Positions 26,996 through 35,828 of a DNA stretch of 64,000 nucleotides are shown in pieces. The translations under genes and the position numbers were made by a program. The notes below the pieces were generated by a model. That model was not told where the DNA came from and made no database searches. It saw only the letters and a program-made list of their open reading frames with translations. Source of the DNA: Clostridia bacterium (GTDB taxonomy: Bacteria; Bacillota; Clostridia; RGIG6154); assembly GCA_045648505.1 (NCBI GenBank), contig JAZROD010000032.1:722-64721 (forward strand), in the 5' to 3' direction. The first letter of the stretch is position 1; each line of letters opens with the position of its first letter.

Positions 26996-29900
26996 GAAAA
27001 TTTATCTGTAGCCTTATACTCATATTGACTTTAATTCCAGGAATAATTAAAGCTACGCCAATTGATACTGTTACATATTACTATGTTGACGGAGCAAACG
27101 GCAATGACAGTAACAACGGTAAAACCGTTACAAGCGCATTCAAAACCATAAAGAAAGCAAAAGATACTGTCAGAACAATTAATAAAGGTATGAATGGCGA
27201 TATAGTTGTTTATATAAAAGGCGGAACTTACTATCTTGGAGAAGAAAATGGTTCTTTAGTATTTAACCATGACGATTCCGGATATAACGGACATAAGGTT
27301 ATGTATGCAAACTATAACGGAGAAAAGGTTTCTATTGTCGGAGGTAAAAGAATTACTGGCTGGACAAAAGATTCAGGTAATATCTATAAGGCGTATGTAG
27401 GAACAAACTTAAAATTTTATGAGTTGTTTGAGAATAATACACGCTCTGTTATGGCAAGAACTCCTAATGAGGGTTATTTCCAAATTGAAGCGCCTGTAAG
27501 CGGAAATCAAACACAGTTTCACTTTAAATCCGGTGATTTTGTAAGAAACACAAGTGATGATTATGCTGATTTGCAGGTGTCTGTTTTAACCGGAATAGAC
27601 TATGGCACAAAAGTTATACCGGTTTCCTCAATTGACTGGAATAACAGAATTTTATCTTTATCTTACAGTATGAATGAAAATCTTACTGCAGGTAAGAGAT
27701 ATTTTTTAAGAGGTGCAAAATCTCTCCTTGATAATCCGGGAGAATTTTATCTGGATGAGTCAACAGGATATTTGTATTATTATCCAAGAGAGTTTCCGAT
27801 TGAAAATCAGACTATTGTTATACCTACTATGTTAACTGCAATAAATCTGTCAGGTAACAGCAATAAGGATTTAGTTGAAAATCTTGAGTTCAGAGGACTT
27901 GATATTTCAGTTTCTAACTTCTCTAAGGCTTATGCTGATGGAGTTGGAAATGTAAGGTATGGTCTTGTTTCATTTACAAATGCCGCAAATAACACTTTTA
28001 TAGATTGTATAATCAGGAATTCGGGATATAGCGGTGTAACAATGAATACATATACACAGTACAATAAAATTATTGATTGTACTATAGAAAATACCGGTCA
28101 TCATGGTATATACCTTATTGGAGAAGGTTTGGGGCTTGGAAATTATTCAAGTCCGGCAGAGTCATATCATAATAAATATAATGTTATATCCGGAAACAAA
28201 ATTTCAAACACAGGTATAAATCTTGATGATGGCTCAGGTATAAGCATTTCTCAAAGTGGTGACAATGAGATTTCGTATAACCAAATCAGTAACACAACTC
28301 GTTCAGGTATAAATCTTATGGGAAGAACATACTCAATGTTCAAAGACCAGACATATTACGGTGTTAAGGTTACATACGAAAATCACTGGGATTTTCTTCA
28401 TACAAGAAACAATGTTATAAAATTCAATGATATTTCAAATGCATTGACAAATACTCAGGATGGTGGCGGAATTTACTCATGGGGCACAGGCAAAGGAAAT
28501 GTTTTTGATAACAACCGTATTCATGATTTTACATCACCCATAAGTGGCGGAGAAACCTTCGGAATATATTTTGATGATTATTCAGATTACAACATTGCAA
28601 AAAACAATATTATTTACGGTGTAGGTGAGGGTTCTGGCGGAACATCTTGTCCTGTGTACATAAAAGGTGTTTATAATGTTTTTACAAATAATATTATTGC
28701 AGATAACAAGGCAAAGACAACTCACGACATAATTTTCAGAGCTTACGGTGGAGAGCCAAATCATCACGCTACAGTAACAAAAAATATAATTTACAAAGAA
28801 GGCGGTCAGCATTACTACTACTTTTATGACTGGAGTGGTGATAAGGTTGAGCAGTCTGATTACAATACTTTTTACCATCCATCAGGTAGCGACGGCGTTA
28901 AATTAAACGGTGCAAAAAACTGGGATTACTGGAAAACCGTGAACAATGGTATGTATGATAAAAATTCTATTATTGCCGACCCTTTATTTAAAGACAGAGC
29001 AAATCACGATTACACAGTATTGGAAGGTTCACCTGCACTAAACAGAGGCTTTGTAAATATTAATCAGCGAGAAATAGGAATATTTAAAAATGCAGAAAAA
29101 ATTATTCAGGCTGAAAATTATGACAATATGATGGGTGTTTCTACAAGCGGAAATCTGTTAAATCTGTGTGATAATAACGATTGGGCATACTACAAAAATA
29201 TAGATTTTGGCAGCGGTGTTCATACATTTTATGCTAAACTTTCAACAGATGAGCAGTTTAACGGAGGTACTGTAGAATTAAGACTTGACAGTAAAACAGG
29301 ACCGCTTGTGGGAAGTTTGGTAATTAGCAAGACTACTGAACAAATAGTAAAAACAACCGTAACAGGTGTTTCAGGAAAGCACGATTTGTACTTGGTGTTT
29401 AAAGGCAATACAGTTTGCAATCTGGATTGGTTTAACTTTGCAACAGTATATGTTTCTGATGCGTTAGAAGCTTTAAATTCAGCAAGTACAGATGATATGG
29501 AAGAAATTATTTTAAATAGCGAAGGCTATCTGGGATTAGTGCTTGATAGCTACAAAACTTTATCGCCTGATGAAAAAAATATTGTTCATACGACATTAAA
29601 AGAGCAAAAGTATACTACGGCTGAAGCAGTACAAGAAGCATTTAATCAGGTAATAGCCAGTATTAAGCCTGCATCAGTACCTGTTATTGTTAAACATCCT
29701 GAAAGTCTTACCAGAAACATAGGAGAGTCTGCAACCTTTTCGGTAATTGCAACAATCAACGGCAATGGGACATTGTCATATCAGTGGCAGAAGTCTACTG
29801 ACAAAGGTAATACATGGACAGATATAGACGGTGCGACATCCTCAAGCTATACAATAGCTGAAATGAGTCAAAGCGACAATTTAACAAGGTATAGATGTGT

Positions 29901-31035
29901 TGTGACAAACAGTGTAAACGATACGAAGGAAACAGTGATTTCAAATACTGCTGTTCTCAGTTTTAACACAAGCGAAGCATATCTTTTAACTGTTAAGAAT
30001 TACATAAAGAATGAAACTTTTGAACAGATTCCTGAAGGAACAACTGTAAATGCAAACAACGGAAAGACCAATTATAATGCATCTGCAACAAACCCTTTGT
30101 GGATGACAACATGGGGAAATCCCGGAACAAACAATGTTCAGAAAATAATAGCACTTGACGGTTCAAAAGTTCTTGAAACATACAGAAATTCAGGAAATAA
30201 TAACCTGGTTACATTATATGACAGTACGGCAACTCCTTATGCTGACAGGCCTATAACGACAGACAATATCGTTATTTCTTTCAGGTTTAAATGTGACAGT
30301 GCAGGCTCCGGTTCAACATCAGGACGATTCAGACTTATGATTAACGGCACAACACCTGCTACCAATTATCTGGCACAATATGTTAACAGTGCAGATACAG
30401 GACCACACTCTAACAGAGTAAGCATACTTAATGGTTTGGTTTATACACAGGCTCTTGCCCGTGACCAGTGGCATCATATACAGATTCATATTAATACAGA
30501 AAATGAACATGACAAAAAGCTTGTTGCTGTTTATGCTGACGATGTTTTAGTACCTGATTCTGTTAATAAATCCATACCTGACACATTCACAGGATTGACT
30601 AAATTCAGCACAAATCCTAATCAGAAAATACAGTTGTTTACAGGTGATGGTGTGATACGAGTTTTTATAGATGATTTGATGATTTTTGAGCCAAATGCAC
30701 CTGTTTTTGCAACAAATCACAAATTAACATATAGTGACGGAACCGTTTTATCAGGTGTTCTAACCAAAGGACAGACTATAAAGGCATCAGCTCTTGTAAC
30801 TAACAATACTTATAAAGAGAAAAATGCGCGAATTATAATAGCTGCCTATAAAGATGAAAGTCTTACAAAGGCTGTTTCAAACGAAATTACACTTCAACCC
30901 GGGGATGAAAACATCCCAATCACTAAAGAATTGGTTATTACTGAAAATCTACAGGGTGCAGAGATTAGAACATTTGTATGGGAAAGCTTTTCAAGCTTAA
31001 AACCATTGACTGTGCCGATAAAATACCCGCAATAA
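26992..31035 (+). CDS. Secreted 1347-aa protein F: right-handed beta-helix core, CBM6-like module, Ig (I-set-like) module, LamG-like module, C-terminal W-motif module
   Basis: The GTG start overlaps the nucleoside hydrolase stop (GTGA), with RBS GGAGG. Signal peptide present. CBM6-like segment at 29101-29439 (IQAENYDNM...NLDWFNF). Ig-like segment at 29680-29965. The end reads TFVWESFSSLKPL. Confidence 0.8.
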   Translation: MRKFICSLILILTLIPGIIKATPIDTVTYYYVDGANGNDSNNGKTVTSAFKTIKKAKDTVRTINKGMNGDIVVYIKGGTYYLGEENGSLVFNHDDSGYNGHKVMYANYNGEKVSIVGGKRITGWTKDSGNIYKAYVGTNLKFYELFENNTRSVMARTPNEGYFQIEAPVSGNQTQFHFKSGDFVRNTSDDYADLQVSVLTGIDYGTKVIPVSSIDWNNRILSLSYSMNENLTAGKRYFLRGAKSLLDNPGEFYLDESTGYLYYYPREFPIENQTIVIPTMLTAINLSGNSNKDLVENLEFRGLDISVSNFSKAYADGVGNVRYGLVSFTNAANNTFIDCIIRNSGYSGVTMNTYTQYNKIIDCTIENTGHHGIYLIGEGLGLGNYSSPAESYHNKYNVISGNKISNTGINLDDGSGISISQSGDNEISYNQISNTTRSGINLMGRTYSMFKDQTYYGVKVTYENHWDFLHTRNNVIKFNDISNALTNTQDGGGIYSWGTGKGNVFDNNRIHDFTSPISGGETFGIYFDDYSDYNIAKNNIIYGVGEGSGGTSCPVYIKGVYNVFTNNIIADNKAKTTHDIIFRAYGGEPNHHATVTKNIIYKEGGQHYYYFYDWSGDKVEQSDYNTFYHPSGSDGVKLNGAKNWDYWKTVNNGMYDKNSIIADPLFKDRANHDYTVLEGSPALNRGFVNINQREIGIFKNAEKIIQAENYDNMMGVSTSGNLLNLCDNNDWAYYKNIDFGSGVHTFYAKLSTDEQFNGGTVELRLDSKTGPLVGSLVISKTTEQIVKTTVTGVSGKHDLYLVFKGNTVCNLDWFNFATVYVSDALEALNSASTDDMEEIILNSEGYLGLVLDSYKTLSPDEKNIVHTTLKEQKYTTAEAVQEAFNQVIASIKPASVPVIVKHPESLTRNIGESATFSVIATINGNGTLSYQWQKSTDKGNTWTDIDGATSSSYTIAEMSQSDNLTRYRCVVTNSVNDTKETVISNTAVLSFNTSEAYLLTVKNYIKNETFEQIPEGTTVNANNGKTNYNASATNPLWMTTWGNPGTNNVQKIIALDGSKVLETYRNSGNNNLVTLYDSTATPYADRPITTDNIVISFRFKCDSAGSGSTSGRFRLMINGTTPATNYLAQYVNSADTGPHSNRVSILNGLVYTQALARDQWHHIQIHINTENEHDKKLVAVYADDVLVPDSVNKSIPDTFTGLTKFSTNPNQKIQLFTGDGVIRVFIDDLMIFEPNAPVFATNHKLTYSDGTVLSGVLTKGQTIKASALVTNNTYKEKNARIIIAAYKDESLTKAVSNEITLQPGDENIPITKELVITENLQGAEIRTFVWESFSSLKPLTVPIKYPQ

Positions 31036-31055
31036 TTACAGAGAGGATAACAAAT

Positions 31056-32441
31056 ATGTCAATTAACGAAAAATTTAATGGATGCTTGCGTAAAAGCTCA
31101 GTAAATCCACGATATTTCACAGATGACTCAGGTAAAGCAATTTATTTAACCGGTTCACACACCTGGGCAGTTATGCAGGATATATGGCTTGAGGGAAACC
31201 CACGGAAAAATATGGATTATGATGGTTTCCTTCAGACTATGAGCGAACTGGGACATAACTTTTTAAGATTTTGGCAGTGGGCTCAAACAAAAAACTGCCC
31301 TTGGAACGATATAAGTACTCTTTTTGACCCGATGCCTTATGAGAGAACAGGACCGGGAAATGCATTCGATGGATCACCTAAATTCAACTTAAATAAATGG
31401 AATGAAGAGTATTTTATAAGATTAAGAGAAAGAGTACAAAAAGCTTCAGAAAAAGGAATATATGTCTCTATTATGTTCTTTGAAGCATGGGGAATAAAGT
31501 ATTCTAATTATCATCCGGATCAGGACCCTTGGCTTTGTTATCCGATGAATCCATTGAATAATATAAATAATATTACCGATAATCCTGTTTTGGAAAACGG
31601 TCAGGCGTTGGACTTTTTCTCTCTGAACTGTCCTCAGCTTCTTGAACTTCAAAAGGAATTCATTAAAAAGGTTATAGATACTGTAAATGATTTTGACTGT
31701 GTCTTGTATGAAATCTGCAACGAAATTCCTAATCGCATTGAAGCAATGAAGTGGCAGGATCATCTTTGTGAATTTGTAAAAGAATATGAAAAATCAATGC
31801 CCAAACAGCATCCGGTAGGAATTACAGGAGAAGGCGGAGAGCAGGATATGAGTCAGCTGTACGATACTTGCGCAGACTGGATTTCAACCGGTAACGGAAG
31901 AATGTTTGAGTATCGCTACAATCCACCTGCATCCGACGGAGAAAAAATTATACTCAGCGACACCGACCATCTGTGGGGACATGGCGGTGATTACGTGTGG
32001 GTATGGAAGAGCTTTACCAGAGGAATAAACACTTTGTTTATGGACCCCTGGGAGCCACTTCCTGCAAGAGAAAAAGACTGGATTGTTAACGGAACTTCCA
32101 AGAACAGCAGATATTATTATCCGTATGACTTAATCAGAAGAAATCTTGGTTATGTGAGAAAGTTTGCAGAGAAAATGGACTTAAACACCTGCATACCTCA
32201 TAATGAATTATGTACTTCAACCTTTTGTATCGCCAATAAAGGAAAAGAATATTTGTTTCTTTTACCAGCCGGAGGCACAGAGGGGATTGACTTATGGGAA
32301 GCAGAAGGTGAATTTAAAGCACTGTGGTTTAAACCTGAAACAGGAGAAACTTTTGAAGAAAATAGCTTCAAAGGTGGCGATAAATACATGATAACATCAC
32401 CTTTTTCAGGAACTGCAGTTTTATACCTTTGGAAAGAATAG
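31056..32441 (+). CDS. Leaderless glycoside hydrolase, probable clan GH-A (beta/alpha)8 barrel, family unresolved
   Basis: 461 aa from ATG 31056 (RBS GAGAGGA). YEICNEIPN resembles the GH-A acid/base NE motif. The N-terminus VNPRYFTDDSGKAIYLTGSHTW resembles GH5/DUF4038-type openings. Confidence 0.5.
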   Translation: MSINEKFNGCLRKSSVNPRYFTDDSGKAIYLTGSHTWAVMQDIWLEGNPRKNMDYDGFLQTMSELGHNFLRFWQWAQTKNCPWNDISTLFDPMPYERTGPGNAFDGSPKFNLNKWNEEYFIRLRERVQKASEKGIYVSIMFFEAWGIKYSNYHPDQDPWLCYPMNPLNNINNITDNPVLENGQALDFFSLNCPQLLELQKEFIKKVIDTVNDFDCVLYEICNEIPNRIEAMKWQDHLCEFVKEYEKSMPKQHPVGITGEGGEQDMSQLYDTCADWISTGNGRMFEYRYNPPASDGEKIILSDTDHLWGHGGDYVWVWKSFTRGINTLFMDPWEPLPAREKDWIVNGTSKNSRYYYPYDLIRRNLGYVRKFAEKMDLNTCIPHNELCTSTFCIANKGKEYLFLLPAGGTEGIDLWEAEGEFKALWFKPETGETFEENSFKGGDKYMITSPFSGTAVLYLWKE

Positions 32442-32450
32442 GGGGATATT

Positions 32451-34115
32451 ATGGATATAAATTTAAGAAAAATACCTTTCAGCAGATTTGGTTCATACAT
32501 AGCAATAAAACAGGAAGAAACAAGCAATGAACTTTATATAACAACTATGCACGGCTTCTGGCAGGATGAAATGAAACTTCTTAAAATAATCCCAATTGAT
32601 GCCGATTGTAAAGTAAAAGCATATCCTTGGAAAATAGAAATCAGTTCAAAAAACGGTAATGCAGTAATCACATTAAATAAAAGCAATGGTGTTTTAATCC
32701 GTGGAAAAGGAACTGGTATAAAAATAGAAAGAGTATGCGAAGGTGTCATAAAAGAAAAAGAAGAAAGCAAAGTGTTGTTTTCTTTCTGGGACGACAGACT
32801 TAAAACAGCTCTTTGTTGTGCATCAGGGAATTTCGATACTGATTTACTTGAAACAAAATCAGATGAGTATAAAATGTTTGTTGCGGTTTCTGCCATAGAA
32901 AGCGAAAAACTGGATGTTCCTGAAAGCTTTAAGGATTTTGACGAAAATACTGTTAAAAATGAATATGAAGACTGGACTACACCCTTAATACCAAATTGCG
33001 AAAAGTATAAAGATACAGCAAAACTTGCGGCTTATATTTTGTGGAACTCAACTGTTTCTCCTTGCGGAAATATAACTTGTAATACAGTTCTTATGTCAAA
33101 AAACTGGATGCATTATGTGTGGGCGTGGGACCATTGCTTTAATGCTATTGCTCTTGCAAAGACATATCCTGATCTTGCCTGGAAACAGATTAAAGTGTTT
33201 TTTGACAATCAGCAGGAAAATGGAATGCTTCCTGATTTAATTTATCCCAATAATATGAATTTAGGAGAAACCAAGCCTCCAGTTCACGGTTGGTGTTTTG
33301 AAAAACTTTTGGATGCAGGAGTAAAGCTTGATAATACGGAACTAGAAGAGTTTTACCATAAACTTAAAAAGTGGACAAACTGGTGGTTTGAACTCAGAGA
33401 TGACGATAAAGATGGTATCTGCCAATACAACTTAAACAACGAGTCAGGTCACGACAATTCTACTGTTTTTGACGAAGGAAAACCTGTTGAAGTTCCTGAT
33501 TTAACAGCATATTTAATTTTGCAGATAAAGTGCCTTAAACGCATTGCAAATATGTTAAACCTTAAAGATGAAGAAAAAGAGTGGGAAGAAAAGCAAAATA
33601 ACCTCTTTAATAAATTTATGGTTCACTCATGGAAAAACAATGAGTTTGTTGCTTTAAAGTCAGACTCTCATAAAAAAGTAGAAACAAAATCAATTATCAA
33701 TCTTGTACCGATTGTATTGGGAGAGTTGTTGCCGAAAGATTGCTTTAAGAAACTTGTTGAAAAGCTTTCGGTTGAAGACGATTATTTGTCACCATTCGGC
33801 ATTGTAACAGAGGCGATGACGAGTGAAAAATACAATAAGCATGCAGACGATTGGAGAAATCAGCATGCTCCTGAAACTACATATTGGAGAGGTGCAGTAT
33901 GGGCGCCGGTTATATATTTGATTACTGATGGCTTAAAAAGAGGCGGAGAACTTTCGCTGGCAAAAGAAATTGCTCAAAGGTTTTGCAATATGGTTAATGG
34001 TCAGGATGGAATATTTGAAAATTACAACTCTGAAACAGGGGCAGGAGGCTGTGACCCTGCGTACACTTGGACCTGCAGTGTGTTTTTACAGTTAATAAAA
34101 GATTTTCTGATATAA
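32451..34115 (+). CDS. Leaderless (alpha/alpha)6-barrel glycoside hydrolase, GH63-like (MGH1-like)
   Basis: Motifs WMHYVWAWDHCFNAIALA, GMLPD, KPPVHGW, NNESGHDNS, WRGAVWAPVIYL. 554 aa. Confidence 0.65.
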   Translation: MDINLRKIPFSRFGSYIAIKQEETSNELYITTMHGFWQDEMKLLKIIPIDADCKVKAYPWKIEISSKNGNAVITLNKSNGVLIRGKGTGIKIERVCEGVIKEKEESKVLFSFWDDRLKTALCCASGNFDTDLLETKSDEYKMFVAVSAIESEKLDVPESFKDFDENTVKNEYEDWTTPLIPNCEKYKDTAKLAAYILWNSTVSPCGNITCNTVLMSKNWMHYVWAWDHCFNAIALAKTYPDLAWKQIKVFFDNQQENGMLPDLIYPNNMNLGETKPPVHGWCFEKLLDAGVKLDNTELEEFYHKLKKWTNWWFELRDDDKDGICQYNLNNESGHDNSTVFDEGKPVEVPDLTAYLILQIKCLKRIANMLNLKDEEKEWEEKQNNLFNKFMVHSWKNNEFVALKSDSHKKVETKSIINLVPIVLGELLPKDCFKKLVEKLSVEDDYLSPFGIVTEAMTSEKYNKHADDWRNQHAPETTYWRGAVWAPVIYLITDGLKRGGELSLAKEIAQRFCNMVNGQDGIFENYNSETGAGGCDPAYTWTCSVFLQLIKDFLI

Positions 34116-34137
34116 AAGTGGCAATAAATTGAAAAAA

Positions 34138-34164
34138 GACTATTCTTTCGAATAGCCTTTTTTT
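34138..34164 (+). terminator. Rho-independent terminator ending the accessory locus
   Basis: Stem GACTATTC/GAATAGCC followed by TTTTTTT. Confidence 0.7.
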
Positions 34165-34287
34165 CTTGAAGAGCCGAATGTTTTGGATGCAACCTAATTA
34201 TAGTTTTTATTCACTATTACTTATTACTTCATAAAAAATCCGTACACTAATGAAATTTAGGGAATAGTGAAGAGCGAATAGGTAATA

Positions 34288-34321
34288 AGTAAAAATCCGC
34301 ACACGTTCGTGTACGGATTTT
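34288..34321 (-). terminator. Hairpin terminator downstream of tRNA-Asn
   Basis: The minus strand reads AAAAATCCGTACACGAACGTGTGCGGATTTTTACTT. Confidence 0.6.
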
Positions 34322-34397
34322 TGGCTCCCCCTGTTGGACTTGAACCAACGACAACGCGGTTAACAGCCGCGTGCTCTACCGACTGAGCTAAGGAGGA
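34322..34397 (-). tRNA. tRNA-Asn (anticodon GUU), CCA encoded
   Basis: The minus strand reads TCCTCCTTAGCTCAGTCGGTAGAGCACGCGGCTGTTAACCGCGTTGTCGTTGGTTCAAGTCCAACAGGGGGAGCCA. The cloverleaf folds with one G-U pair in the acceptor stem. Confidence 0.9.
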
Positions 34398-34411
34398 ATA
34401 TCAACAAAGTT

Positions 34412-34440
34412 ATTTTAACACCCTGAACTGAATTTGTCAA
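34412..34440 (-). promoter_or_regulatory. Sigma-A promoter of tRNA-Asn
   Basis: Minus strand TTGACA, 17 nt, TAAAAT, about 14 nt before the tRNA 5' end. Confidence 0.7.
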
Positions 34441-34473
34441 TAAAAATATTACGACAAATTTTTAATTTATTTG

Positions 34474-34502
34474 TTGATTTGTTCTGATTGTTATATTATA
34501 AT
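34474..34502 (+). promoter_or_regulatory. Candidate sigma-A promoter of the G1PDH-like operon
   Basis: TTGATT, 17 nt, TATAAT. Confidence 0.5.
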
Positions 34503-34546
34503 ACATACATAATCAAATATAATGAATTTAAGTGGAGGTAGTGAAA

Positions 34547-35809
34547 ATGGATATAAACAATCTTTTGTATGGTGTTGAATGTGTATGCGGTAAAAAACAT
34601 ACATGCGATATTGAATATATTTACATTGAAAAGAATGCTATTTCAAGACTTGAAAGTCTTTGCAGTGATAAAGAAAACATTCTTATTGTTGCAGATGAAA
34701 ATACATATCAGGCAGTAAATAATAAAGTGGATGAAGCTCTTGCAGGCAAAAAGCTCAAAAAAGTTATTTTCAGCGGAAAAACTGTGCTTATACCAAATGA
34801 ATATGCTATCGAAAAAGTAAAAGAAGAGCTTGACGGTGTTGAATTGATTTTAGGTATCGGTTCAGGCGTTATTCAGGATTTATGCAAATGTGTTTCATTC
34901 TATACTGAAATTCCATATATGATTGTTGCAACTGCACCATCAATGGACGGATATGCATCCACAGGTGCGGCAATGATTTTAAAGGGTATGAAAGAAACAG
35001 TACCTGCAGGACTTCCAAGGGCAATTGTAGCAGATATTGATGTTCTGAAAAATGCACCTATGGATATGATAAAAGCAGGATACGGAGATATTGTAGGTAA
35101 ATATTCAGCACTTTCTGACTGGCTTTTAAGTAAAGAAGTTAATGATGAATATTTTTGTCAGTATATATATGACACAACCTTGAAAATGGTAGAAGATACT
35201 CTTAATGTTGCAGATGGGTTGTTGAAAAGAGATGAAGAAAGCATCAGAATTCTTACAGAGTCATTGATGGTTGTGGGCATAATGATGAGTTTTGCAGGAA
35301 ACTCTCGTCCTGCATCGGGAAGTGAACATCATTTTTCACATTTCTTTGAAATTGTTGGCATAGTAAACGATGAACCATACTTACCTCACGGACTTGATGT
35401 GGCATATTCTACAGTTATAACTGCAAAAATCAGGGAAAAGATTTTAAACGAAGATTTTCCTGATGCATTGTATCGTGTAAATAGAGATGAATATGTGGAA
35501 AACATAAATAAAGTTTATAAGTCCGTTGCAGATGAGTGTATCAAACTTCAGGATAAAGTGGGAAATTATGCTGCGGACAGACTGGGCATCTATAAAAAGA
35601 AAGAAAAAGAAATTAAGAAAATTTTAGCAGACACCCCAAATGCAGAGCAAATTGAAAAAATGCTTTCTTTGGCAGAGCTTGATATGGCAGAATTTTATGA
35701 AATATACAGCGAAGAAAAAATAAAGATGGCGGTTAAGTATGCTAAAGACCTTAAAGACAGATACACAGTTCTTTGGCTTAATTATGATTTGTTTAAAGGT
35801 GAATTATAA
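34547..35809 (+). CDS. sn-glycerol-1-phosphate dehydrogenase-like iron-containing alcohol dehydrogenase family protein (AraM/EgsA-like)
   Basis: GIGSGVIQDLCKCVS, APSMDGYAS, SGSEHHFSHFFE. ATG 34547 lies behind RBS GGAGGT; the ORF track starts at an upstream GTG, 34532. Confidence 0.7.
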   Translation: MDINNLLYGVECVCGKKHTCDIEYIYIEKNAISRLESLCSDKENILIVADENTYQAVNNKVDEALAGKKLKKVIFSGKTVLIPNEYAIEKVKEELDGVELILGIGSGVIQDLCKCVSFYTEIPYMIVATAPSMDGYASTGAAMILKGMKETVPAGLPRAIVADIDVLKNAPMDMIKAGYGDIVGKYSALSDWLLSKEVNDEYFCQYIYDTTLKMVEDTLNVADGLLKRDEESIRILTESLMVVGIMMSFAGNSRPASGSEHHFSHFFEIVGIVNDEPYLPHGLDVAYSTVITAKIREKILNEDFPDALYRVNRDEYVENINKVYKSVADECIKLQDKVGNYAADRLGIYKKKEKEIKKILADTPNAEQIEKMLSLAELDMAEFYEIYSEEKIKMAVKYAKDLKDRYTVLWLNYDLFKGEL

Positions 35810-35828
35810 AAAAGAATAGGGGATATGA

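Noticed and set aside
5213-31035. Cellulosome-type dockerin/cohesin modules, LPXTG sortase signals, or a diversity-generating retroelement acting on the giant proteins
   Set aside because: No duplicated Ca-binding D-x-N-x-DG-x-x-D dockerin segments, no LPXTG plus hydrophobic tail, and no reverse transcriptase or template/variable repeat pair were visible in the translations or the DNA.
4100-34400. tRNA-Asn-targeted integrative genomic island
   Set aside because: The 3' end of tRNA-Asn does face the accessory locus. However, I found no integrase or recombinase gene, no direct repeat of the tRNA 3' segment near 4.1-4.3 kb, and no obvious compositional shift. Comparative genomics would be needed.
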